Positions 1 through 8,540 of a stretch of DNA of 34,715 nucleotides are shown here, in pieces (positions within the stretch are counted from its first letter, which is position 1; every line of letters begins with the position of its first letter). Both the position numbers and the translations under genes were made by a program. The notes beneath the pieces are model-generated. The model searched no databases. It saw nothing but the letters and a program-made list of their open reading frames with translations, and was not told the DNA's origin. This stretch comes from a virus (taxonomy: Duplodnaviria > Caudoviricetes). The stretch lies in IMG/VR virus record IMGVR_UViG_3300042342_000098, positions 1-34,715 of that record. One strand, given 5' to 3'.

Positions 1-24
1 AGTTAAACAATACTTAGTGTCTGC

Positions 25-64
25 TAGTCCTAAGTTTTCTTTAGTCTTAAGCTTTCCTTAGTCC
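25..64. repeat. Imperfect 17-bp tandem repeat (~2.4 copies)
   Basis: 25-41 TAGTCCTAAGTTTTCTT, 42-58 TAGTCTTAAGCTTTCCT (14/17 identical), 59-64 TAGTCC. Confidence 0.6.
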
Positions 65-159
65 AGGCTTGCGGCAGTGCAACATAAAGCAATCCTTAGC
101 CAAGGAGGGGGGGTAGGGCCCGCGGCGGGGGGTATGTGTGTGCGCACGGTCCGCTAAAA

Positions 160-197
160 CTTTTTATTTTTTATTATTTTTATAATACAATCAGCTC
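160..197 (+). promoter_or_regulatory. Putative promoter of the packaging/late operon
   Basis: Perfect TATAAT at 181-186 after a T-rich tract, 11 nt before the terS ATG. No good -35 box. Confidence 0.45.
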
Positions 198-653
198 ATG
201 TTTGAATCGCTCCCATTCGCGCCTCGTCAGGTCAAAGCTACCGAGTCACGGCTACGCAGCATCTACGACGCTGCCCGTGCGGGATTGCGTGGAGATGCGT
301 TGGCGTTCGCAGCGGGGATGCTGCCAACCGAGTACCGACAACTCACGCAGCTTGACCCTGTGGTAGAGTTAGCAGAACAAAAAGGTCGCGCTGACTCCGA
401 GATTGAGATGTCTACAATCATGCGTAACGCAGCACTCGCTGGCGACGCTAAGATGGCGCTAGAGTTCTTAAAGCACAAGCACGACTGGGTAGCCAAGCAG
501 CAAGTCCAAGTCGATGTGACGCAACAGATCAGTATCATCACTGCTTTAGAGCAGGCTCAACAGAGGCTCACCATAGATGCAGACGACGCAATATTCAGCC
601 CAAGACGAGATGACGCTCATGTCCCGTCTCTGGTCGCCCGCGATCAAGGATGA
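198..653 (+). CDS. terS: Terminase small subunit
   Basis: 151-aa helical protein overlapping terL, with a TerS-type 'AALAGDAKMALEFLKHKHDW' segment and a C-terminal beta strand (QVQVDV). Confidence 0.75.
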   Translation: MFESLPFAPRQVKATESRLRSIYDAARAGLRGDALAFAAGMLPTEYRQLTQLDPVVELAEQKGRADSEIEMSTIMRNAALAGDAKMALEFLKHKHDWVAKQQVQVDVTQQISIITALEQAQQRLTIDADDAIFSPRRDDAHVPSLVARDQG

Positions 654-2100
654 TCCACTAGCGTTTGTGCTGTTTACGTTTCCGTGGGGTGTGCAAGGTA
701 CGCCCTTGGCTAACTTCACGGGGCCACGCAAGTGGCAGCGTGAGGTGCTTATCTCCATCAAAGACCACATCGCGCAGAACAACGGCAAGGTGGACTTTAA
801 TACGCTACGCTTGGCGACCTCGTCTGGTCGTGGTATTGGTAAGTCTGCGCTTGTTAGCTGGCTGACCATTTGGATGCTCTCCACCCGAATCGGCTCGACA
901 ACCATCATTTCAGCCAACTCAGAATCACAGCTACGGTCAGTCACTTGGGCGGAGATTACTAAGTGGTTGGCGATGTCTCTGAACAGCCATTGGTTCGAGG
1001 TGAGCGCCACTCGACTCATGCCTGCTAAGTGGATTACAGAATTGGTCGAGCGTGACTTAAAGAAAGGCACACGCTACTGGTCGGTGGAGGGACGTTTGTG
1101 GTCGGCGGAGAACCCAGACTCGTACGCCGGTGTCCACAACTACGACGGTGTGATGGTGATCTTTGATGAGGCGTCCGGTATTGATGACGCCATCTGGGCA
1201 GTCACCTCTGGATTCTTTACCGAAAACACCCCGAACAGGTTTTGGTTGGCGTTCTCCAACCCACGGCGCAACACGGGCTACTTCTTTGAGTGCTTTAATT
1301 CTAAGCGTGACTTCTGGACGACCAAGATTGTGGATGCCAGGACTGTCGAGGGTACGGACAAGGCGGTCTATGAACAGATTATCGAGGAATACGGCGCAGA
1401 CTCCTCACAGGCGGCGGTTGAAGTCTATGGCTCATTTCCGTCAGCGGGTGATGACCAGTTTATATCTAGCCTGATCGTGGATGAGGCGATGAAACGCCCC
1501 CGCTACAAGGACTCTAGCGCCCCCATTATTGTGGGTGTTGACCCTGCGCGCTTTGGTTCGGACTCGACGGTGATTGCGATTCGCCAAGGGCGCGACATTA
1601 TCGCCATTAAACGCTTCAAGGGTGATGACACGATGACGGTCGTGGGTCATGTCATTGAATGTATTGAAGAGTTTGCCCCTGCGATGGTGGTGATTGACGA
1701 GGGTGGCGTGGGCGGAGGGGTGGTGGATCGCTTAAAAGAGCAGCGCTACAAGATTCGGGGCGTGAATTTTGGAAACCGCTCCAAAAACCCGATGATGTAT
1801 GGCAACAAACGCGCTGAAATGTGGGGTGAAATGCGCAATTGGTTGAAAACTGCATCGATTCCTAGTGACAGAGTACTTAAAACTGATTTAATATCACCTA
1901 TAATGAAGCCGGACTCCAAGGGTACGATCTTTTTGGAGTCTAAGAAGGATATGCGCGCAAGGGGTCTAGCCTCACCAGACGCAGCAGATGCGATATGTGT
2001 GACGTTTGCGTTTCCGGTGGCGCATAGAGAGTCGAGTATTAAGTTAAAGACAAGAAGTTACGCTCAAAGTGGTATGGCAACCTCATGGATGGGTTCCTAA
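577..2100 (+). CDS. terL: Terminase large subunit
   Basis: Walker A SSGRGIGKS, Walker B VMVIFDEASG, coupling motif FSNP, nuclease motifs VGVDPARFGSD and SPDAADA. Confidence 0.95.
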   Translation: MQTTQYSAQDEMTLMSRLWSPAIKDDPLAFVLFTFPWGVQGTPLANFTGPRKWQREVLISIKDHIAQNNGKVDFNTLRLATSSGRGIGKSALVSWLTIWMLSTRIGSTTIISANSESQLRSVTWAEITKWLAMSLNSHWFEVSATRLMPAKWITELVERDLKKGTRYWSVEGRLWSAENPDSYAGVHNYDGVMVIFDEASGIDDAIWAVTSGFFTENTPNRFWLAFSNPRRNTGYFFECFNSKRDFWTTKIVDARTVEGTDKAVYEQIIEEYGADSSQAAVEVYGSFPSAGDDQFISSLIVDEAMKRPRYKDSSAPIIVGVDPARFGSDSTVIAIRQGRDIIAIKRFKGDDTMTVVGHVIECIEEFAPAMVVIDEGGVGGGVVDRLKEQRYKIRGVNFGNRSKNPMMYGNKRAEMWGEMRNWLKTASIPSDRVLKTDLISPIMKPDSKGTIFLESKKDMRARGLASPDAADAICVTFAFPVAHRESSIKLKTRSYAQSGMATSWMGS

Positions 2101-2101
2101 A

Positions 2102-2359
2102 ATGGCGAAAAAATCAGTGTCATTATCAGTTGGTCGAGGCGAGAAGTTACCTGTCAAGCAGGGCGCTGGACTGACCGCCAAAGGTCGTGAGAAGTATAAT
2201 CGCGAGACGGGATCAAACTTAAAAGCACCAGCACCAAACCCAAAGACTAAGGCTGATGCGGGACGCAAGGCGTCCTTTTGTGCAAGAATGGGCGCGGTTG
2301 CTGCTAACGCTAAAGACGGCGAACGTGCAAAAGCTTCTCTTAAACGATGGAAATGCTAA
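2102..2359 (+). CDS. Small basic phage protein (DUF6321-like), 85 aa
   Basis: ATG 1 nt after the terL stop. GGLTAKGR-like and RKASFCARM motifs, ending RWKC. Confidence 0.75.
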   Translation: MAKKSVSLSVGRGEKLPVKQGAGLTAKGREKYNRETGSNLKAPAPNPKTKADAGRKASFCARMGAVAANAKDGERAKASLKRWKC

Positions 2360-2361
2360 TC

Positions 2362-2514
2362 ATGGCTACAAAACCTGGTTTATACGCAAATATTCACGCC
2401 AAACAGGCTCGAATTGCTGCGGGGAGTGGCGAGAAGATGCGCAAGGCTGGCTCAAAAGGCGCGCCAAGTGCTAAAGACTTTAAAGAATCTGCTAAAACGG
2501 CTAAGAAGAAATAA
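2362..2514 (+). CDS. Small Lys/Ala-rich protein, 50 aa (absent from ORF track)
   Basis: Hand translation: MATKPGLYANIHAKQARIAAGSGEKMRKAGSKGAPSAKDFKESAKTAKKK. Fills the gap exactly between its neighbours. Confidence 0.75.
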   Translation: MATKPGLYANIHAKQARIAAGSGEKMRKAGSKGAPSAKDFKESAKTAKKK

Positions 2515-2515
2515 T

Positions 2516-2641
2516 ATGCCGTTAAAAAAATCACCTTCAAAAGAAGCCTTCCGGCAGAACGTCAAAGCTGAAGTTAAAGCTGGGAAGCCCGTCAAACAGG
2601 CTGTCGCAATTGCGTATGCCGTTAAACGAAAAGCAAAATGA
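2516..2641 (+). CDS. Small basic protein, 41 aa
   Basis: MPLKKSPSKEAFRQNVKAEVKAGKPVKQAVAIAYAVKRKAK. Starts 1 nt after the previous stop and has an ATGA overlap with the next gene. Confidence 0.75.
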   Translation: MPLKKSPSKEAFRQNVKAEVKAGKPVKQAVAIAYAVKRKAK

Positions 2642-2883
2642 TCCGACCAATCAACGATAATATTGTAGTCAAACCTGATCCGTTCGTTCAGAGCGGGCTA
2701 ATTATCATGCCTGAAGAAGAGATGCGCACCGGAGTGGTGGTTGCGGTCGGTCCAGGCAAGAAAGGCTCCAACCGCCCGCTCATGGTGTCGGTCGGCGATC
2801 ACATCATGTACAGCGGCACAATCGACCAAGAGTTTGATGGGCTGTTGGTAATGAAAGACAAAGACGTAATAGGAACGGTATGA
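2638..2883 (+). CDS. groES: GroES/Cpn10-like co-chaperonin
   Basis: IRPINDNIVVK, SGLIIMP mobile loop, GVVVAVGPG, VSVGDHIMY and terminal DVIG are Cpn10 signatures. Confidence 0.85.
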   Translation: MIRPINDNIVVKPDPFVQSGLIIMPEEEMRTGVVVAVGPGKKGSNRPLMVSVGDHIMYSGTIDQEFDGLLVMKDKDVIGTV

Positions 2884-5048
2884 AAGATAAAGACATCATC
2901 TCGGTTGCCAAAAGCCGCTTTACAATGGCTGTATCAGCGTATTCTGAGAGTCGAGAGGATGAACTAGATGACTTGCGTTTCTACGCCGCTAGCCCAGACA
3001 ACCAGTGGCAGTGGCCAGCCGACGTACTCGCCACCCGTGGCTCCGTCCAAGGTCAAACCATCAACGCCCGCCCCTGCCTCACCATCAACAAACTCCCCCA
3101 GCACGTCAGACAAGTTACCAACGATCAGCGCCAAAATCGACCAAGTGGGAAAGTAATTCCTGTGGACGACAAGGCGGATGTCGAGGTCGCTGAGATATTT
3201 GACGGGCTTGTACGCCATATAGAGTACATCTCTGATGCGGATGTAGCGTATGACACGGCGTGTGAGAACCAAGTGGCGTATGGCGAGGGTTATATCCGCC
3301 TGTTGACTGAGTACTGCGACGACAATAGCTTTAACCAAGACATTAAGATTGGTCGGATTCGTAACAGCTTCAGCGTTTACATGGACCCCACGATCCAAGA
3401 CCCTTGTGGGTCGGATGCACAGTGGTGTTTCATTACCGAAGACCTGACCAAAGCTGAGTACGAGCGTCAATTCCCTGATGCGCAGCCTATTTCGTCCATG
3501 ATGCAGCAGGGTGTGGGCGATGCGTCTACCTCGCAGTGGATTAGCGAAAACACAATTCGTATTGCTGAGTATTTTTATATTGAGCATGAAAAAGCCACGC
3601 TGAACCTGTACTACGGTAACGTCAGCGCCATGAAAGGCTCGGTTGAAGACCAAGAGATGGTCATGCGTGGCATGAAGCCTATCAAAAGCCGCACGGTTGA
3701 CATTAAGAAGGTCAAATGGTGCAAAATCAACGGTTTTGAGATTCTTGAATCGCAAGATTGGGCAGGATCATCTATCCCCGTGGTGCGTGTGGTCGGCAAC
3801 GAATTTGAAGTTGATGGTCGTATTTATGTCTCCGGCATTGTGCGCAACGCTAAAGATGCGCAGCGGATGTATAACTACTGGACAAGCCAAGAAGCTGAAA
3901 TGCTTGCCTTGGCGCCCAAAGCCCCATTTATTGGCTACGGTGGTCAGTTTGAAGGCTACGAGCAGCAGTGGAAGACTGCCAACACGACCAACTGGCCGTA
4001 TTTGGAAGTTAACCCCGATGTGACCGACGGTGCGGGCGGTGTACTGCCCTTGCCACAACGTGCGCCTCCACCACTGCCACAAACAGGCTTAATTCAAGCC
4101 AAAATGGGCGCTAGCGACGATATTAAGGGAACTACTGGTCAATATGACTCCAGCCTCGGTCAGACCTCTAACGAGCGTTCTGGTAAGGCTATCTTGGCTC
4201 GTGAGCGTCAAGCGGATGTCGGCACCTATCACTACGTCGATAACTTGGCTCGTGCTGTGCGTTACATCACACGTCAGATCGTGGACTTGGTGCCTAAGAT
4301 TTATGATACTGAGCGGATTGCGCGCATCATTGGTATTGATGGCGAGACGGACATTATTAAGGTTAACCCTAACCAGCCGATGCCGGTCAATAAGATTGTG
4401 GATCAGCAAGGCATTGTGCTTGAAAAGATTTATAACTTAGGTGTTGGCAAGTACGATGTCTGCGTGACGACCGGTCCAAGCTACATGACCAAGCGTCAGG
4501 AAGCATTGGAAGCGATGGCTCAACTGTTGCAAGGCAACCCACAGTTGTGGGCAGTGGCTGGCGACTTGTTCATTAAGAACATGGATTGGCCTGGTGCGCA
4601 GGAGATGTCCAAGCGCTTTGCCAAGACCATTGATCCTAAGATTATGGAAGGCGGCGACGACTCACCTGAGATGCAGGCTGCCAAGATGCAGATGGACGCT
4701 ATGAACCAAGAGATGGAGCAGATGATGAGTATGCTCCAGAATATCGGCAAGTCTGTCGAGGTTCAAGAGCAGCAACGTGCGGATTATGAGGCTCAGATTA
4801 AGGCATTTGATGCTGAAACCAAGCGTATCTCGGCTGTCCAAGCGGGCATGACATTTGAGCAGATTCAAGACATTGTAAATGGCACCATTGCGGCTGCACT
4901 TGATACTGGTGATCTGATTGGTGGCGCACCGCAGCGTGAGCAGTTTGAAATGCCTGAAATGGCACCGCCCCCAATGGAGCAGCAAATGCCTCCACCTGAA
5001 ATGATGCCCCCGCCTGAACAAATGCCCCCGATGGAGCCACAACAATGA
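2880..5048 (+). CDS. P22-like portal protein
   Basis: 722 aa with RPCLTINK, GEGYIRL, GIVRNAKDAQRMYN, SGKAILAR, GKYDVCVTTGPSYMTKRQE and a C-terminal coiled-coil barrel. Confidence 0.92.
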   Translation: MKDKDIISVAKSRFTMAVSAYSESREDELDDLRFYAASPDNQWQWPADVLATRGSVQGQTINARPCLTINKLPQHVRQVTNDQRQNRPSGKVIPVDDKADVEVAEIFDGLVRHIEYISDADVAYDTACENQVAYGEGYIRLLTEYCDDNSFNQDIKIGRIRNSFSVYMDPTIQDPCGSDAQWCFITEDLTKAEYERQFPDAQPISSMMQQGVGDASTSQWISENTIRIAEYFYIEHEKATLNLYYGNVSAMKGSVEDQEMVMRGMKPIKSRTVDIKKVKWCKINGFEILESQDWAGSSIPVVRVVGNEFEVDGRIYVSGIVRNAKDAQRMYNYWTSQEAEMLALAPKAPFIGYGGQFEGYEQQWKTANTTNWPYLEVNPDVTDGAGGVLPLPQRAPPPLPQTGLIQAKMGASDDIKGTTGQYDSSLGQTSNERSGKAILARERQADVGTYHYVDNLARAVRYITRQIVDLVPKIYDTERIARIIGIDGETDIIKVNPNQPMPVNKIVDQQGIVLEKIYNLGVGKYDVCVTTGPSYMTKRQEALEAMAQLLQGNPQLWAVAGDLFIKNMDWPGAQEMSKRFAKTIDPKIMEGGDDSPEMQAAKMQMDAMNQEMEQMMSMLQNIGKSVEVQEQQRADYEAQIKAFDAETKRISAVQAGMTFEQIQDIVNGTIAAALDTGDLIGGAPQREQFEMPEMAPPPMEQQMPPPEMMPPPEQMPPMEPQQ

Positions 5049-5407
5049 AATGCGCTGAATTTATTGGTCTAATGTTTTTAGCTAGAGATGTCACGCACAG
5101 TGTTCATTTGAACACTCGCAGTTATGCTAAACACAAAGCTTTGCAGAAGTTTTACGACAACATCATTGATTTAGCTGATGGTTTTGCTGAAGCGTATCAA
5201 GGCAGGCATGGCTTAATTGGTCCAATTGGTCTACAATCTGCTAAGAAAACAACAAATGTGGTTGAGTTTTTAGAGGCACAGGTTGAAGAGATTGAAAAAT
5301 GCCGGTATGAAGTGTGCGGCAAAGACGACACACCGCTTCAAAACTTGATTGACGGTATTTTAGAGTTGTACTTGTCAACGCTTTACAAGCTAAAATTTTT
5401 AGCATAA
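5045..5407 (+). CDS. Ferritin/Dps-like four-helix protein (DUF5856-like)
   Basis: HSVHLNTRSYAKHKALQKFYD...DGFAEAYQG...LQNLIDGI...TLYKLKFL, matching Dps-like His/Asp/Glu spacing. Confidence 0.75.
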   Translation: MKCAEFIGLMFLARDVTHSVHLNTRSYAKHKALQKFYDNIIDLADGFAEAYQGRHGLIGPIGLQSAKKTTNVVEFLEAQVEEIEKCRYEVCGKDDTPLQNLIDGILELYLSTLYKLKFLA

Positions 5408-5416
5408 GGAAATAAA

Positions 5417-5689
5417 ATGTCAATTTACAAAACCGTTGGCGCAACTACAGTTGTTAAGCCTGCCGCTGGTAAGTTAAAAGGAATTTTTGTTAGTTCCGTT
5501 TCAGGTTCGCCAACAATTGCTTTTTTTGACTCTTTTGCCGAGACTGGTGCAGCAAAAACAATTATTGCGTCTTTTGTCCCTGTCGCCGCCACATTTTATC
5601 CTTTTGGTCAATTTGATGGTATTTTTGCCACTACTGGTATCCGTGTTGAAATTGGCGGAACCGTTGTTGCCACAGTCGTATTTGAATAA
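5417..5689 (+). CDS. Hypothetical small beta-rich (possibly virion) protein
   Basis: 90 aa, TAAGGA RBS, located in the head module. Confidence 0.75.
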   Translation: MSIYKTVGATTVVKPAAGKLKGIFVSSVSGSPTIAFFDSFAETGAAKTIIASFVPVAATFYPFGQFDGIFATTGIRVEIGGTVVATVVFE

Positions 5690-5697
5690 ATTTTAGC

Positions 5698-5740
5698 CCC
5701 CGTACTGGTGCGATTCACCAGGGTTTCTTAGGAAACAAAA
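5698..5740 (+). promoter_or_regulatory. Structured leader of scaffold gene (two hairpins)
   Basis: CTGGTG-cgatt-CACCAG (5705-5721) and GTTTC-ttag-GAAAC (5723-5736), the second overlapping the AGGA RBS. Confidence 0.5.
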
Positions 5741-6520
5741 ATGTCAGACGAAGTAAGCCAAGCGGAAGTGCCCGCGCCGGAACTGGAAGCTACGGTAGCC
5801 CCAGTATCTGAAGTACAAACGCCGGAAGTAGCTGAGAACCAAGTCGAGCAGCAAGAGGAAAAGAAGTATTCCCAAGCTGAAATTGATGCGATGATCGGCA
5901 AAAGGCTCGCAAGAGAGCAACGTAAGTGGGAAAGAGAGCAGGCTCAACGAGCGCAACCCCCTGTGCAACCAGCTATTCCCGTAGTGCCAGAACAGTTTGA
6001 ATCGACCGATGCGTATGTAGAAGCACTTGCAGCGCAAAAAGCCGAGCAATTACTGGCTCAACGAGAGCAGCAAAAGCAACAGTCAGCGCTTTTGGAGTCT
6101 TATCACGACAAAGAGGAAAAGGCACGGGAAAAGTACGACGACTTCGAGCAAGTCGCCTATAACCCAAACCTTCCAATTACTGACGTGATGGCTCAGACAA
6201 TTCAAGCTTCCGATATTGGACCTGAGATGGCATATCATCTTGGCGCCAACCCAAAAGAAGCCGAACGAATTGCCCGTTTATCGCCACTTTTGCAAGCCAA
6301 AGAGATTGGCAAATTGGAAGCTAAATTAGCTGCTGATCCGCCAGTTAAAAAGACATCTAATGCGCCAACGCCCATTAGTCCGATTACTGCCAGAAGCACG
6401 GGTTCGCCCGCATACGATACAACTGACCCACGCTCTATCAAAACGATGAGTACGTCAGAATGGATTGAAGCAGACCGGCAACGTCAGATTAAGAAGCAAG
6501 AAGCGCGATACAACCGCTAA
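5741..6520 (+). CDS. Capsid scaffolding protein
   Basis: Acidic N-terminus, E/Q coiled coil, GPEMAYHLGANPKEAERIA, C-terminal MSTSEWIEA coat-binding-type helix. Lies directly before the coat gene. Confidence 0.85.
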   Translation: MSDEVSQAEVPAPELEATVAPVSEVQTPEVAENQVEQQEEKKYSQAEIDAMIGKRLAREQRKWEREQAQRAQPPVQPAIPVVPEQFESTDAYVEALAAQKAEQLLAQREQQKQQSALLESYHDKEEKAREKYDDFEQVAYNPNLPITDVMAQTIQASDIGPEMAYHLGANPKEAERIARLSPLLQAKEIGKLEAKLAADPPVKKTSNAPTPISPITARSTGSPAYDTTDPRSIKTMSTSEWIEADRQRQIKKQEARYNR

Positions 6521-6540
6521 CTTACTTTTAGGAAATCAAA

Positions 6541-7743
6541 ATGAGTAATTCACTCTTAACCATTGATATGATCACACGGAAGTCTCTTGAAATTCTTGAG
6601 AACAACCTTGTGCTTACCCGTAACGTCAACCGTCAGTACGATGACTCCTTCGCTGTTGAAGGCGCCAAGATTGGTTCAACTCTCCGTATCCGCCTGCCCG
6701 ATCGCGCGCTGGTAACTGACGGTGCAGCCCTGCAAGTTCAGGCTGACAACGAGCAGTTCACAACGCTGACTGTGTCTAGCCAGAAGCACATTGGTGTTAA
6801 CTTCACCTCTGCCGAACTGACAATGCAGTTGGACGACTTTGCAGAGCGTGTTTTGAAGCCCCGCGTTTCGCAGTTGGCATCTTCGGTTGACGCCGATGTT
6901 GCAACTTCGTACAAAGGCATCTACAACACAGTCGGTACACCAGGTTCCGTTCCTTCAACTTCTTTGGTTCTGCTCCAAGCTAACCAGAAGCTTAACGAAT
7001 TTGCTACTCCAATGGATCAGCGCTACGCAACGGTTAACCCCGCTGCCAACGCCGGTTTGGTCGAAGGCATGAAGGGCTTGTTTAACCCAACCGGCACTAT
7101 CAGCCGCCAGTTCAAGAACGGCATGATGGGTGAAGGCATTTTGGGTCTGGACGAGATCAATATGTCTCAGTCAATCAGCAACCACACGAACGGCGATTGG
7201 GGCACAACCATCACCGTGACTTCAACTGTTTCGACAGAAGGTCAGTCCACATTGCCAATCAGTTTCACTGGTTCAAGCAAGACATGGAACGTGGGCGACG
7301 TATTCACTATCGCCGGTGTGTTCGCTGTTAACCCACAGACACGTCAATCAACAGGTAGCCTCCAACAGTTCGTCGTAACTGCTGCGGCAACTGGTTCTTC
7401 GACAGCTACACTGAGCATCAGTCCTGCTCTGTACACATCGTCTAACGCATTGGCTACTGTGAACTCGTTCCCACAAGCATCTGCTGTTGTGACAATGGTT
7501 GGTTCGGCTAACACCGGCTACCCGCAAAACTTGATCTATCATAAAGATGCGATTTCGTTTGCGACTGCTGACTTGTTGCTGCCACAGGGTGTTGACATGG
7601 CTTCGCGCCAAGTCCACAACGGTATTTCGTTGCGTATCGTGCGTCAGTACGACATCAACAACGACCGCCTCCCCTGCCGTATTGACGTGCTGTATGGCTA
7701 CAACGCCATCCGTCCTGTCACTGCCGTCCGTCTCTGGGGCTAA
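6541..7743 (+). CDS. Major capsid protein (P22 gp5-like)
   Basis: 400 aa with KIGSTLRIRLP, GDVFTIAGV (I-domain), NLIYHKDA and CRIDVLYG. TTAGGA RBS. Confidence 0.93.
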   Translation: MSNSLLTIDMITRKSLEILENNLVLTRNVNRQYDDSFAVEGAKIGSTLRIRLPDRALVTDGAALQVQADNEQFTTLTVSSQKHIGVNFTSAELTMQLDDFAERVLKPRVSQLASSVDADVATSYKGIYNTVGTPGSVPSTSLVLLQANQKLNEFATPMDQRYATVNPAANAGLVEGMKGLFNPTGTISRQFKNGMMGEGILGLDEINMSQSISNHTNGDWGTTITVTSTVSTEGQSTLPISFTGSSKTWNVGDVFTIAGVFAVNPQTRQSTGSLQQFVVTAAATGSSTATLSISPALYTSSNALATVNSFPQASAVVTMVGSANTGYPQNLIYHKDAISFATADLLLPQGVDMASRQVHNGISLRIVRQYDINNDRLPCRIDVLYGYNAIRPVTAVRLWG

Positions 7744-7747
7744 ATCA

Positions 7748-7780
7748 GTGGGGGCTTCGGCCCCCATTCGTAACTTTTTT
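7748..7780 (+). terminator. Hairpin after coat gene (weak terminator or mRNA stabiliser)
   Basis: GTGGGGGC-TTCG-GCCCCCAT with a cUUCGg loop. The T6 run is displaced a few nt downstream. Confidence 0.6.
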
Positions 7781-7794
7781 CAAGGAAATTTATC

Positions 7795-8190
7795 ATGGCA
7801 CTTTCTAATGGCACAGGCGGTTATCAGGTCGGCGCAGGCGCAACTGACGAAGCAATTATGTTCGTTCAGGGCGCACCTACTGCATTGGCAGCAGCCGCAA
7901 CTGCAACTCCCGCACAACTCCAAAATGGTCTGTTTGTTTTTGACGGCACCGCTGGCAACCTAACATTGCCAACAGTCGCTTTGTTGGAAGCAGATATGGT
8001 TAGCGCAGAAAAAGTTAATTCTGCGTTTGACTTTTTTGTGGTCAACATCGACGCAGCCGATGCAGTCACTTTGGCTGTTGGTACTGGTTGGACAATCGTT
8101 GGCGCTGCTGCTGTGGCGCTTTCAACATCCGCCCATTTCCGCGCACGCAAGACCGGTGCTGGAACATGGACTGCGTACCGCATTAGTTAA
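7795..8190 (+). CDS. Putative capsid decoration/minor virion protein
   Basis: 131 aa, Ala/Gly/Thr-rich, AAGGA RBS, immediately after the coat gene. Confidence 0.7.
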   Translation: MALSNGTGGYQVGAGATDEAIMFVQGAPTALAAAATATPAQLQNGLFVFDGTAGNLTLPTVALLEADMVSAEKVNSAFDFFVVNIDAADAVTLAVGTGWTIVGAAAVALSTSAHFRARKTGAGTWTAYRIS

Positions 8191-8193
8191 TAC

Positions 8194-8221
8194 AAAGAGG
8201 GCACTTCGGTGCCTTCTTTTT
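8194..8221 (+). terminator. Rho-independent terminator
   Basis: AAAGAGGGCAC-TTCG-GTGCCTTCTTTTT. Confidence 0.7.
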
Positions 8222-8234
8222 AAAAGGAAATATT

Positions 8235-8537
8235 ATGGCTAATACTAAACCTATTGGCGTAGCTTTTGCGGATCCAGAACTTGTTGCTGGCACTACAATC
8301 GCCGACGCTGTTATTACTGGTTCTTCAGTTGGCGGTACGTTTACTTCGACTGCAACAACCGGACCGGTTGTGGCTAACGCTACTGCTGGTTTGTACTTTT
8401 TGACTTCGGCTATCACAGCTAACACAACTACCACAACAGCCCCCAAAGGGTCTATTGGTACTACTTCAAATGCAACTGGTGCAGGAAAGATGTTTATTTC
8501 TGACGGCACTAAATGGCAATTTGCTGCAATTACCTAA
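8235..8537 (+). CDS. Putative small virion fibre/decoration protein
   Basis: 100 aa, Thr-rich, ending in a fibre-type motif APKGSIG...KMFISDGTKWQ. AAAGGA RBS. Confidence 0.7.
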   Translation: MANTKPIGVAFADPELVAGTTIADAVITGSSVGGTFTSTATTGPVVANATAGLYFLTSAITANTTTTTAPKGSIGTTSNATGAGKMFISDGTKWQFAAIT

Positions 8538-8540
8538 TAG

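Noticed and set aside
136-366. 76-aa ORF overlapping terS
   Set aside because: It runs through the T-tract and promoter region and overlaps terS out of frame
2069-2641. Track ORFs 2069..2359, 2256..2474 and 2414..2641 as given
   Set aside because: Better explained by starts at 2102, 2362 and 2516, which tile the region without long overlaps
2964-3755. 263-aa antisense ORF within the portal gene, and similar shadow ORFs elsewhere
   Set aside because: Antisense to well-supported genes with no motifs or RBS. Explained by codon bias.
7700-7800. Programmed frameshift or read-through extending the coat protein
   Set aside because: No slippery heptamer before the TAA, and the next gene has its own RBS
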